A stretch of 64,000 bases of DNA. Source: an uncultured Phycisphaerales bacterium (lineage in GTDB: Bacteria; Planctomycetota; Phycisphaerae; Tepidisphaerales; Tepidisphaeraceae). How positions within the stretch are numbered: position 1 is the stretch's first letter; the number at the start of each line of letters is the position of its first letter. A program made the position numbers and the translations under genes. This document shows positions 21,890 through 32,084 of the stretch, piece by piece. Below the pieces are notes generated by a model. The model made no database searches and was not told where the DNA came from. It worked only from the letters and a program-made list of their open reading frames with translations. The stretch spans positions 3,072,001-3,136,000 of the forward strand of contig CAVWLP010000002.1 in assembly GCA_963755915.1 (NCBI GenBank). Reading direction: 5' to 3'.

Positions 21890-23037
21890 ATGAGTACTGA
21901 CGCACGAACACGGGGGGGGAGAAGTCGTCGCGGCCGCCCAATCTGCGGCTTGCAACTCTGGACGATTACGAGCAAATCACCCGGCTCGAGGCTTCGGTTG
22001 GAATGCAGACGCGATCGGCCGACGACTGGCGTGCGATGTGGCTGAAGAATCCGCTCTGGCCACGGATCGGCAAGGATTGGCCGATCGGATGGATCCTGGA
22101 GGACACGACCGGGCGGGTCGTTGGATCGGTGATGAGCGTACCTTCGCTCTATCAGTTTCGCGGCCGCGAATTGATGTGCGCCACCGGACGCTCCTGGGTC
22201 ATGGCGCCAGAGTATCGCGGCTACGGCCTCTGGATCATGTCCGAGTATTTGAGCTTTGAGAAGGCCGATCTGTTTATGCACAACACCGTGGGGGAGATGG
22301 CCATCGGCGTGTTGGACCAGGTATCCAGGAGGGTGCCGCTGGGGGATTGGGAGACGATTGCATATTGGGTGACGGCGTATCGCGCCTTTGCGAAAACGGC
22401 GTTGACAAAGTACGGAGCGCCGTCCGCGCTGGCCGGCGTGCTTGCCTATCCGGCCGCGGCGGCGATGCGCCTCAAGGATGCGCTGTCAGTTAAATCGTTG
22501 CCGCCCGCGCCGGGGTCGATCACCATCGAGACCATTGAGCAGTTCGATGCACGCTTCGACGCATTCTGGCAGGAAATGGTTCGCGAAAATCCGGACAAGC
22601 TGCTGGCGGGTCGCGACAGCGAGACGCTGAGGTGGCATTACATGCTGCCGATGCGCGACGGCCGGGTCTGGATTTATACCGCGACACGCAGCGGCCTGCT
22701 TCGCGCCTACTGCATTCTCAAACGCCATGAATTGCCTGGAAATCTCAGCCGCATGCGGGTGATTGACTTCCAGTCGCTCGATCGGGACGAGGATTTGCTT
22801 CCGGGCCTGCTGGAAGCCGCGCGGCGGCGCTGCGTGGCAGAGGGAATCGGCATGCTGGAACATCAAGGATGCGGCTTGCCAAAGATGCGCGCCCTCGATC
22901 AGCACGCGCCCTATCGGCGCAAGCTGGGGAATTGGCCTTATTTCTGTACCGTGCCCGACCCGGCGCTGAAGGCGGAATTGAGCAAGCCGGAGATTTGGGA
23001 TCCGTCAGCGTTCGATGGAGATGTCAGTCTCGAATAG
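21890..23037 (+). CDS. GNAT-like (tandem-GNAT fold) hypothetical protein; frameshift in the G8 run at 21912-21919
   Basis: One extra G would join MSTDART to LRLATLDDYEQITRL (typical GNAT start) and then to ORF 22003-23037 (WVMAPEYRGYG motif-A-like, RDSETLRWHY). Confidence 0.6.
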
Positions 23038-23739
23038 TTGATGTGCGTCGCGCCAGCGGACGGGAAATGTCGAGGCATCGCGCCGCTGCCGGATCGCTGT
23101 GGCGGCGATGTGCCGGGCAGTTGGCCGATGCAGGGCGAGTTGCCAATTGCCGATCGAAAGCGGTTTTCCTTTACGGTCCCACTGAATCGAAAACGCATCG
23201 AGCGACTTCGAGAGCCCCATTCCGCGCCCCTTCAGATAGGCTTCTTTGAGCACCCAAAGCTCGAAGAACCGGCTTTTTCGCTCTTTCGCGGAGAGCGTTG
23301 AAAGATGCCGCTGCTCATCGGCGGAAAAGAAATGCCGCGAGATTTGTGCGATGTCGACTTCGCGCGAAGTTTGCTCAACGTCGATGCCGATTTCGCCGGC
23401 CCGGCTGACCGCGCAGACAATCAATCCATCCGTGTGGCTTAAATTGAACCGCAAGGGGCGAAATGCGACCGGCCGCGCGATGGTCGGTTTTCCGAATTTA
23501 CCAGCCGTGAATACCCATGTGGCCGGATCAACGTCAGTGCAGTGGGACAGCGCCAGCCGGCAGAGCGCTCGCGTGGCCAGATAATCATGCTGCATCGTCG
23601 CCGTGCGAAGTTTCTGCCGATGGGCGCGCTCGCTCGGCGTCAGCCACTCCAGAAACTTTTGTTGGAGCCTGTCGGCGAGCAGATCTTCAGGCCGGCAATA
23701 CCACACATCAGCGGCTGGTGTCGTCTTTGCCGTGCTCAC
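23005..23739 (-). CDS. Sfp-type 4'-phosphopantetheinyl transferase
   Basis: FGKP, FNLSHT, IGIDVE and FFELWVLKEAYLKGRGMGL. Confidence 0.94.
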   Translation of the reverse strand: MSTAKTTPAADVWYCRPEDLLADRLQQKFLEWLTPSERAHRQKLRTATMQHDYLATRALCRLALSHCTDVDPATWVFTAGKFGKPTIARPVAFRPLRFNLSHTDGLIVCAVSRAGEIGIDVEQTSREVDIAQISRHFFSADEQRHLSTLSAKERKSRFFELWVLKEAYLKGRGMGLSKSLDAFSIQWDRKGKPLSIGNWQLALHRPTARHIAATAIRQRRDASTFPVRWRDAHQLFETDISIER

Positions 23740-25004
23740 GACTTAAGCTTGTATCGCAGCGGCAGTGCCAACAGCCCGCGCAGGCCATGGTTTTCGCGCC
23801 ACAACAGGGGCCCGCCTTCGAGCTCAAGATCGGAGAAGCGGGCCAGGAGCGCCTCGAAACCGATCGATCCCTCCAGCCGCGCCAGCGGCGCGCCGAAGCA
23901 GTAGTGTGCTCCCCAACCAAAAGCGAGGTGTCGATTGTCGGTTCTGTCAAAATCCAGCAGATCGGGATTTGGAAATCGCGCCGGGTCGCGATTGGCGGCA
24001 GCAATGATCGCCATGATCGCTTGCCGTTTGGCGATTTTCTTGCCTCCCAGCACGACGTCTTCGGTCGCGAGCCTGGCCGTATGCTGGACGGGGCTTTCAA
24101 ATCGCAGCAATTCCTCGAGCGCCGCCGGCATAATGTCCGGCTCTGTCTTGAGCCGGTGAAACTGCTGTGGGCGGTGGATGAGCGTCAAGATTCCGCTGGT
24201 AATCAGATTTGTGGAGGTCTCGGACCCTCCGACGACGGTGATAATACAGTTGGCGACGATCTCGTCATCCGTCAACCGGTCGCCGTCAACTTCGGCCGTC
24301 ATAAACGCCTGCAGCAATCCCTCGCGCGGATGGCGCCGCTGCTCTTCCATGGCGGCCTGGAAATAGTCTTTGAATCCTTCGATGGCGCGAAGCACTTCGC
24401 TGAGCCGGTCGGGATGATGCTGGAAATTCCCGAGAATCTCGGCGAAGGTTTCCGACCAGACTTTCAGCTTCACGTGGTCTTCGCTGGGAAGGCCGATCAT
24501 TTCGGTAGTAACAATCGCCGGCAGCAGCTCGGCGAATTCGGAAAGCAATTCGATCCTGCCGGTTCCGCGGGCAATGACGTCATCCAGCAGCCGCGTGGCG
24601 ATCCTCTGCACGTGATCATGCAGCATTCGCACCCGCGCCGGGCTGAAAAACAGCCCCGCAAGCTTACGCAGCCGGGTGTGTCCGGGGGGATCCATAAAGA
24701 GCATCTGCTTGACCATCACCTTGGCGACGGGGGCGACTTCAGGCGCGCCGAGGATTTCGAAGAATCGCGGTGATGGCGTACGTGCCGCCGAGAATCGCTG
24801 CAAAACCGTCACGACATCGTCATAGCCGGTGACAATCCATGCATGGATATAGGGATCCCAATAAACCGGGTCGTGCTCGCGGAGGCGATGATAAAGCGGG
24901 TAGGGATCGGCAAGCACCTCCTGGTCCAGGAGGTGGTAGAGACTTAGCGGGGCCTCGGCCGGCTTAGACTGCGACCCTGAGGCCGATGAGGTAGATTGCT
25001 CCAT
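23736..25004 (-). CDS. Cytochrome P450
   Basis: DPPGHTRLR, GGSETS I-helix, EELLR (ExxR) and heme motif FGWGAHYCFG. Confidence 0.96.
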   Translation of the reverse strand: MEQSTSSASGSQSKPAEAPLSLYHLLDQEVLADPYPLYHRLREHDPVYWDPYIHAWIVTGYDDVVTVLQRFSAARTPSPRFFEILGAPEVAPVAKVMVKQMLFMDPPGHTRLRKLAGLFFSPARVRMLHDHVQRIATRLLDDVIARGTGRIELLSEFAELLPAIVTTEMIGLPSEDHVKLKVWSETFAEILGNFQHHPDRLSEVLRAIEGFKDYFQAAMEEQRRHPREGLLQAFMTAEVDGDRLTDDEIVANCIITVVGGSETSTNLITSGILTLIHRPQQFHRLKTEPDIMPAALEELLRFESPVQHTARLATEDVVLGGKKIAKRQAIMAIIAAANRDPARFPNPDLLDFDRTDNRHLAFGWGAHYCFGAPLARLEGSIGFEALLARFSDLELEGGPLLWRENHGLRGLLALPLRYKLKS

Positions 25005-25019
25005 AAACTACCTATTCTT

Positions 25020-26871
25020 TCAGTGGGCTTTGCCAGCAGCCGCGGCCCGCATTTTTTCCACTTCCGCGCTCAGGGCGACGATGGTGGTGCGCGCCGAACA
25101 GTTGCCGCAGGTGCAGTTTAACGCCAAACGTGTCCCGAATGCGAGCCACAAGCTGAACGCCGAGCATCGAGTGCCCGCCGGCCATGAAGAAATTGTCTTC
25201 CCGCCCGCAGGAGACGTTGCCGAGCAGAGATGTCACCAGGGCGGCAAGCCGATCTTCGATGGCCGACCCGGACGAGGGCTCGGCAGCGGGCGCATTTCCC
25301 CCCGGCAAAAGGTTCTGGAGGTTCGGCGCCGGAAGCGCCGCTTTGTCGAGCTTTCCGTTGGCGGTCATCGGCAAGGCAGGCATCGCGACGAATTTCGAGG
25401 GGATCATGTAATCGGGTAGACGGGCCGCGAGAAATTCGCGCAGATCGACGCTGGTAGCCTTCGCCCTGGGGGCGAGCACAACGTAAGCGACCAGTTCCGG
25501 CCCCGTGCCGGCGTCGTCGCGGGCGATGACCGCGCTGGCTTCGAGCTCGAGGAAGCGGTCGAGCGAAGAAATGATCTCCCCCAGCTCGATGCGATAGCCG
25601 CGGATTTTCACCTGGTCGTCGAGGCGGCCCAGGAAGGCGATCTCGCCAGTGTCGGTCAGGCGAACGCGATCGCCGGTGCGGTAGATCCGCACGGCAGGTC
25701 CCGACGGTGGGGTGTACATGACGAACCGGCTGGCCGTCATCGTCGGGTTGTTCCGATACCCGCGCCCACGAGCGCGCCCGCGAGGCACAGCTCACCAGGC
25801 CGGCCATTGGGAACCGGCAAAAGATTTTCGTCGAGGATAAAAGCCGTGGTGTTGGCGATCGGCCTGCCGATGGATGGGGCGCCTTCGACGACGGATTCAG
25901 CTTTCACCGCCCCGGAGGTGGCGACCACCGTGCATTCGGTCGGCCCGTAGTTATTCACCAGCGTAAACGGCAACCCCGCGCGGGCGGCGGTGCAGTGTAT
26001 CAGCACCCGCGAGCAAAATTCGCAGCGAGGTTTCCGCCGGCCATTCCGAATGGAGCAACTGCTCTGCGAGCACGGTGGGGGCGAAACTGACGGTAATCTT
26101 TTCCGCCACCAGCCAGTCGCGCAGCGCCTGCGGCGAGCGGCGCGTGGCTTCATCCGCCATGTGCACGCTGGCGCCGGCGGTCAGATGCGGCCAGATTTCC
26201 CATCCGGCGGCATCAAATCCCAGTCCCGCCACCTGGCTGGCACGATCGGCTGCCGTCACCTCGAACGCCGCCTGGTGCCAGTCGATCAGGTTCAGCAGAT
26301 TTGCATGGGTAATCTCAACGCCCTTGGGGCGCCCCGTCGAACCGGAGGTGTAGATAACGTATGCGAGGTCGTCGGGTGACGGCTCAACAAATTCGAAGTG
26401 CTGCTCATTTCCGTTGGTCGCGCCGGCGTCCTTCGTTACAACGACAGGGCAGCGACAAACCGAAATCGCCGTCGCCCGGCCGGCGTCTGTCAACAGCAAA
26501 GCCGCCTTCGCATCGTCAAGAATGAAATGCAAGCGCTCGGCAGGAATGGCCGAGTCCAGCGGCAAATACGCGGCCCCGGTTTTCAAAACAGCCAGTGCCG
26601 CCACGACAAACGCCGGCGAACGCTCCAGAAAAATCCCCACGCAGGACCCCGAAACTACGCCTGCATGCCGCAATTGAGCCGCAACATGGTTTGTGTGCCG
26701 ATCCAGTTCAGCAAACGTCAATCGCGCGGATCCGCTGGCGATCGCGAGTCTATGCGGCGTGCTGCGGGCGTAATGGGCAATCCGCGAAACAATCCCGGAA
26801 AACTGGGCGCCTTGTTCGTCCAATTCGGCTCGCGACGACCGAACATATGGCGCGGCAACTGCATTCTGCAT
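25020..26871 (-). CDS. Stand-alone NRPS adenylation-thiolation (A-PCP) didomain; frameshifts near 25985, 25765 and 25090
   Basis: YTSGSTGRPKG, FDAAGWE, NNYGPTE, GELCLAG, YRTGD, GRLDDQVKIRGYRIELGEI, NGKLDK and PCP motif FFMAGGHSML, spread over three consecutive frames. No C or TE domain. Confidence 0.9.
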
Positions 26872-27317
26872 ATTCTCTCCTTGAAGCTGGCACCGGCTCG
26901 CTGGTGTTCGCGGTGACTTACGCGGATTTACACCTTAAGCCCGATAAACTCAGAGAATTCACCCAACTGGTTGATGTGCCGAAGCTCCAGGGGACTATAC
27001 CATTTTTCCCGCCCTTTGGGAGCTATTTGAGGGGGTTTGGTGGCCAATAACCACAAAGAATTGCAAGTGCAGGCCGAGCAGTTCATTATAAAATTGCTGG
27101 GAGAATAAACGGAGAGGGGAAAATTCGAAGAAAAGAATCTGCCGGCGCAGGTTGTGCGAATTTGTTTTTCGTAAATTCAACTTAGGGTTGAAACTGAATT
27201 TGCTTGAGGATCTGGATGTTCTGTGGTTCCCCATTTTTCCCCATTTTTCCCCACTTTTTAAGAGTTGTTGGCGTAGACCTCGGCGCGGACTTCGTCGCGC
27301 GACCCCCGGAAATAGAT

Positions 27318-27374
27318 CTCACGCAGAGGCGCAGAGAATTTGAAGGTCACTTCCTCTGCGCCTTTGCGCCTCTG
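27318..27374. repeat. REP-like palindrome interrupted by the intron (right arm completes at 29348-29353)
   Basis: Left arm ctcacgcagaggcgca (27318-27333) is the exact reverse complement of tgcgcctctg (27365-27374) joined to cgtgag (29348-29353). Confidence 0.85.
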
Positions 27375-29347
27375 GTGCGTCAGTGAAACCGGTTTTGTCT
27401 TGTGAACTGAAAGGAGTTCACCATGGAATGACCCGTTAGCCGTGTAGCCGCCCGGGCGTGACGACGGAGCAATCGGTCGCGCGAAGCCCCGGAAGGCGAA
27501 GGCGCGAGCCATAGCGTTAAGCGAACCCAAACCAGCCTCGTTACGCCAATGGGAGTGGCCAACCCGTCAGAGAGGGCCAAGCCGGCGCGGACGATGAAGC
27601 AGCGGGTGCGAGCAATCGTCCGGCTCCTCGGGGTCGATGGGGACGGCGCGTGCCGACAGACAAGATCGGGAACTGAGAGACCCCACGCATCGTTGTGCGG
27701 CTCGTTGGAAAGACATAACCAAGGGACGGGAAGCGTGGGGAGTCGGATGGGCTCATAGTAGCTGAGAAGCGGGGTAATGCCCGTGAGCGGAGGCGAAGCC
27801 TGCCGCGAGCCAAGGAGCCCTGACGGTATCGAGCGGAAGTAAGAAGAAGAGAGGCCCGCTTGCAGGGACAACCTGACAGTACGGATGATCCGACAGACTT
27901 GCCGGAGCACCTGAGGGTGAACTCCAGGGGTCTGCCGGGGAAAGTCTTTCTTCTGAGACAGAAGCTATACCTCAAAGCCAAGCGGGAACCGGGGTTTCGG
28001 TTTTACACCTTGTACGACCGGATCTGCCGGCGCGATGTTCTGGAAGCGGCGTGGGACCGGGTGTCCGCCAACGGCGGGGCGCCCGGCTTGGACGGGGTGA
28101 GCATCGAGAAGGTGCAAAACTCCGAGCACGGCGTCAGTGGATTCCTGAGCGAGATCGAAGAATCGCTCAAGACCCGCACCTACCGCCCGCAGCCGGTGAA
28201 GCGCGTGTACATTCCCAAAGCCAACGGCAAGCGGCGTCCATTGGGCATCCCCACGATCCGAGATCGCGTGGTGCAGATGGCGGTGCTGCTGCTCATCGAG
28301 CCGATCTTCGAGGCGGATTTCCTGGACTGTTCGTATGGATTCCGTCCCGGTCGCTCGGCTCACGATGCGCTGGAGGCGATCAAGCAAAACCTCCAGCAGG
28401 GCCGAAGGGAAGTGTATGACGCGGATTTGCAGTCGTACTTCGACACGATTCCCCATGAGAAACTGATGGCGTGTGTCCAGAAGCGGATCACGGACGGAAG
28501 CGTGCTGAAGCTGATCCGGATGTGGCTGAAGGCGGTGATCGTCGAAGAAGGCGAGAAGCCCGGCGATCCACCGAAAGTCACCCGGAGCAAACAGGGAACG
28601 CCGCAGGGCGGAGTGATCTCGCCGCTGCTGGCCAACCTATATCTGCACTGGTTTGATAAATTGTTCCACCGATCCGATGGCCCGCATCGCTGGGCGAACG
28701 CCCGGCTGATCCGGTACGCCGACGACTTTGTCATCATGGCAAGGTATATAGGCCCTCAGATCAAGCAGTTCGTGGAACGCACGCTGCAAGGCCGGTTTGA
28801 TCTGACGATCAACACCGACAAGACCCGCACGGTGAAGTTGAAAGAGCCGGGCGAAAGTCTGAACTTTCTCGGGTACAGGTTCCGGTACGACCGGAGCCTG
28901 CAAGGCGGGCCGGGGCGTTATCTGAACCTCTGTCCTTCGAGCAAGTCGATGCAGCGTGAGCGGGACAAATTGCGGGAGATGACCGGACCCGAAGCAGGCT
29001 TTGTGCCCATCCCGGCGTTGATCGTACAGATCAACGAGCACCTGAGAGGATGGGCCAACTACTTCGGCAAAGGCTATCCGCGCAAGGCGTTCCGTCAGAT
29101 CAACCGATTTGTGCAGGAGCGACTGGAACGACACCTTAAACGTCGCAGCCAGCGTCCGTTCCGTGTGCGCGGAGCGAGGAGCTGGTACGAACAGTTGCAG
29201 CGTCTGGGCCTCATCAGCCTGCGACCTGTTCCGACCGTGAATGCTTGAGAAGAACAATACCGTGAGAGCCGGATGCGGGAAACCCGCTCGTCCGGTTCGA
29301 AGAGGGAGAGCTGAGCGGCAATCGGGTCGTTCAGTTCTCTACTCTAC
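27375..29347 (+). mobile_element. Complete group II intron with RT/maturase ORF
   Basis: 5' GTGCG at 27375. Domain V gagccggatgcgggaaacccgctcgtccggttc at ~29266-29298 (AGC triad). Domain VI ends ...ctactctAC at 29347. The joined exons rebuild a palindrome. Confidence 0.92.
27860..29248 (+). CDS. ltrA: Group II intron reverse transcriptase/maturase, no HNH endonuclease domain
   Basis: [56 protein letters not shown] and domain X RGWANYF. Confidence 0.96.
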   Translation: MQGQPDSTDDPTDLPEHLRVNSRGLPGKVFLLRQKLYLKAKREPGFRFYTLYDRICRRDVLEAAWDRVSANGGAPGLDGVSIEKVQNSEHGVSGFLSEIEESLKTRTYRPQPVKRVYIPKANGKRRPLGIPTIRDRVVQMAVLLLIEPIFEADFLDCSYGFRPGRSAHDALEAIKQNLQQGRREVYDADLQSYFDTIPHEKLMACVQKRITDGSVLKLIRMWLKAVIVEEGEKPGDPPKVTRSKQGTPQGGVISPLLANLYLHWFDKLFHRSDGPHRWANARLIRYADDFVIMARYIGPQIKQFVERTLQGRFDLTINTDKTRTVKLKEPGESLNFLGYRFRYDRSLQGGPGRYLNLCPSSKSMQRERDKLREMTGPEAGFVPIPALIVQINEHLRGWANYFGKGYPRKAFRQINRFVQERLERHLKRRSQRPFRVRGARSWYEQLQRLGLISLRPVPTVNA

Positions 29348-29410
29348 CGTGAGGTTTTTCTCTCAAGGATGGTTTTGGCAAACTCTCTAAATCAAGCCTT
29401 TGCAGATCGG

Positions 29411-29450
29411 CCCCCTCCCCAACCCTCCCCCGGATTACCGGGGGCGGGGG
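29411..29450. repeat. Second REP-like GC-rich palindrome
   Basis: ccccctccccaaccctcccccggattaccgggggcggggg: cccccgg/ccggggg inverted repeat with a ccctcccc leader. Confidence 0.5.
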
Positions 29451-29808
29451 TTAAGGCGCGCGCGAGGGAGAAGGCGAGCCATTGGAGTTCGGTGAGGTTG
29501 AAGGAGCGGGTAGTTCCCACTTTTTCCCAAAATTTCTCACTTTTGGGGTGGTTACCTGGTGTTACCCGCGATTGGTTGGCGCTTGGGGCCGGGTATTGGG
29601 GTGCGGGGTCATTGGAAGTTCTCAATCGGCGAGCAAGCTCGCCGGCTACACGGGATAAGCGCGGGGTAAATTTTAGCGCGTGGGGCGCGGGAAAAAATAG
29701 TACGCGTCTATATACAGGTCCAAGAGGTGTACGTTTTGTACCTATTTTGGGAAATCCGGAGATTTTTGGGGTGAGATTGTTGAAGTTCGAAAGAATCTGC
29801 AAGGGCGG

Positions 29809-31620
29809 CTAAGAATCGTTGGCCAGAAGCAGGCGATTGATCGCGTCGGCCAACTGTCCAAAGACGAACGGGCAGGTGATCTTTACATGATCGCGCTCGC
29901 CCAGCAGCGCCCGGTCTGGTGGCGAAGCCGTGGGGTGCGTCAGAACGATCACGGGCAGGGGCCTGATGCAAAGCTCGGTTTCCCGCTGGCGAATCGCCTG
30001 GAAGAGTGGCTGCGCGTCGGTCCTTTCGGCGAGGTAGACGACCGCCAGATTTTCGGGCCGGTTCTCCTCCGTCTGCCGCAGGCGATCGAGGAGGATTCGG
30101 TGGGCGTCGATGACCGGGTCGGCGCTGACGTAAAAGGGACGGAATGGCCGCTGCAATTTTGCCAGCAGACGCTGGCGGTAATCCTGTCTGGGCGCGGTGT
30201 TATCGCCGGTGAGCATGACGTGTTTCATGTCGGCCGTCTGGGAAGGAATCTGGTGCTCAATGAGGGAAATCGCGTCGGGTTGCAGGGCGAGGTATTTTGC
30301 GAGCTCCTCGGTTGGGTAGATGCAGGAGTTGCCGCTGCTTCCCAGGAGCAGCGCGTGGGCAAGGCGATCGGCGAGGACGACCGTGGCGACGTCGGTGGCT
30401 TTCTGGGCCGGCAAGGCAACTATTTTCGGGGTCCGGAGGTGGTGCATGGAGATGGCGTCGATGAGCCGGCGCGGAAAACTCCATGCCCCGAGCAGACGGC
30501 TGACGATTTCGGCATGATTGACGAGCAGCATGCGCGATTCGACCTGCTCTAACGGAAGCTGGGAGCGTTCGGCGGTGTCGAGGACGCGCTTGTAGATGTC
30601 GTCGAGCTGCTCGACGAAGACCATCCGCGCCACATCGTGAAGCAGGCCCATCGTGAAGGCAAAATCCGTTGCCCGCTTGTCTGCCTCGCGGAAACGGGCG
30701 ATCGAAGCGGCGATCAGGCCCGTCGCGATGGAATGCTCCCAGAACAGCTCGCTGTTGAAATGCTGGCCCAGACCGCCACCGCGGAAATTCTCGATCACCG
30801 CCATGCTCAGGACGAGCTGGCGGATCTGGGAAATCCCAATCCGCAGGACCGCCTGATGGACCGTGTCGATGGTCCCGCTGTATCCATAAACGACGGAATT
30901 GGCGATCTTGAGAATCTTGACGGCGATGCCCGGATCGTTCTTGATGATGCCGGCGACCTGATCGATGGAACAATCCGGATCGGCGGTGGCGGCCGTCAGT
31001 TGCGAAACGGCGGGGGAAAGTGCTTTTAACTCGACACAGCGATCGATGAGTTCCAGGATCTGAGAGCGGGAGACGATGGGCAGGATCGATCGAAGCAATT
31101 CATGCTGAAGATCGTTATCAGGTGCCGGCGGTGGGGCGGGGTTTGCCGGCGCGGGTGGGGCGGGGCGCGGCTGCAAAATCGTCGCAGGTCGTTGCGCCGG
31201 GGGTTCCGCACTTGGAAATGCCGGCTGCGAATCCCGCTTTTGAAGGACTTGCTCGATCCGCGTTGTCAGGTCTTTGCGCGAAAATTGGTGCTTCAGCACG
31301 TAGCCCTGAACTCCCAGATGTGCCGCTTCCAGCACAATTTCCCGGCTCGCCAGGCCGGTCAACAGGATCACCGGGAGTTTTTCATAGCTGGGGATTGCGC
31401 GAATCGACTTGAGCAATTCGATCCCGCTCTCCGCGCCGAGCTTCAGGTCCAGGAGGAGCAAGTCGACATGCCGCGTTTGCAGGCAGGCGAGGGTCTCGCT
31501 GGAACTGCCGGCGGCGACCACGTCGAATTCGTTGGCTTCCAGCGCGAGCACGAGAAGCTCGCGCACGGGAACCTCGTCTTCTACGACCATGATCGTCGCC
31601 GTCGTTGTTGCCGTGCTCAT
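29809..31620 (-). CDS. Response regulator, REC + Pro-rich linker + HDOD
   Basis: IMVVEDE, LLDLKLG, DPGIAVKILKIANS, FWEHSIATG and GLLHDVA. Confidence 0.9.
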   Translation of the reverse strand: MSTATTTATIMVVEDEVPVRELLVLALEANEFDVVAAGSSSETLACLQTRHVDLLLLDLKLGAESGIELLKSIRAIPSYEKLPVILLTGLASREIVLEAAHLGVQGYVLKHQFSRKDLTTRIEQVLQKRDSQPAFPSAEPPAQRPATILQPRPAPPAPANPAPPPAPDNDLQHELLRSILPIVSRSQILELIDRCVELKALSPAVSQLTAATADPDCSIDQVAGIIKNDPGIAVKILKIANSVVYGYSGTIDTVHQAVLRIGISQIRQLVLSMAVIENFRGGGLGQHFNSELFWEHSIATGLIAASIARFREADKRATDFAFTMGLLHDVARMVFVEQLDDIYKRVLDTAERSQLPLEQVESRMLLVNHAEIVSRLLGAWSFPRRLIDAISMHHLRTPKIVALPAQKATDVATVVLADRLAHALLLGSSGNSCIYPTEELAKYLALQPDAISLIEHQIPSQTADMKHVMLTGDNTAPRQDYRQRLLAKLQRPFRPFYVSADPVIDAHRILLDRLRQTEENRPENLAVVYLAERTDAQPLFQAIRQRETELCIRPLPVIVLTHPTASPPDRALLGERDHVKITCPFVFGQLADAINRLLLANDS

Positions 31621-31667
31621 CGCTTTATCCTCGTCGGTGGTGCGAATATCTCCCGTCCGGAAGACAC

Positions 31668-32084
31668 CTATGCGCACCTGGCAACTGCCTCCGGCTGAAT
31701 CCCGCGACCGAGGCATTCTCTCACTGTTTCAACAAAATGTTGCGGTTCCAGCGGTTTGCGAAGCATCTTCACGTTCTGATACCCGCAAATCAGAGATTCG
31801 TATTCGCGCGAGTGGCCGGTGATGACCAGAATGGGAACACCGCTTTGGCTTCGTATCATCGCGAGCACGCTGAGCCCGTCGATTCCGGGCATGGTGATGT
31901 CCGTAATGACGAGGTCGAAATTGCGCACGGCGAATTGAAGCATCGCCTCGCTGGCGTTGCCGCAGGGGTTGCAGCGATATCCGAACTTCGAGAGCTGCGT
32001 GCTCAGGGCCCAGAGCAGCGGGCGATCATCGTCGACGATCAAGACACTTGCCGGTCGAGACGTTTGGCGAATGCTAAGCTGCAT
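31668..32084 (-). CDS. Single-domain response regulator (CheY-like)
   Basis: VLIVDDD, VITDITMPGIDG, ITG and LRKP. Confidence 0.9.
   Translation of the reverse strand: MQLSIRQTSRPASVLIVDDDRPLLWALSTQLSKFGYRCNPCGNASEAMLQFAVRNFDLVITDITMPGIDGLSVLAMIRSQSGVPILVITGHSREYESLICGYQNVKMLRKPLEPQHFVETVRECLGRGIQPEAVARCA

Noticed and set aside
27228-27259. tccccattttt tandem low-complexity run
   Set aside because: About three short copies in AT-rich intergenic DNA with no supportable function.
27860-29248. RT as a retron, DGR, CRISPR-associated or Abi RT
   Set aside because: It has YADD, domain X, a GTGCG 5' end and domains V/VI of a group II intron; no TR/VR pair, msr-msd or cas genes were seen.
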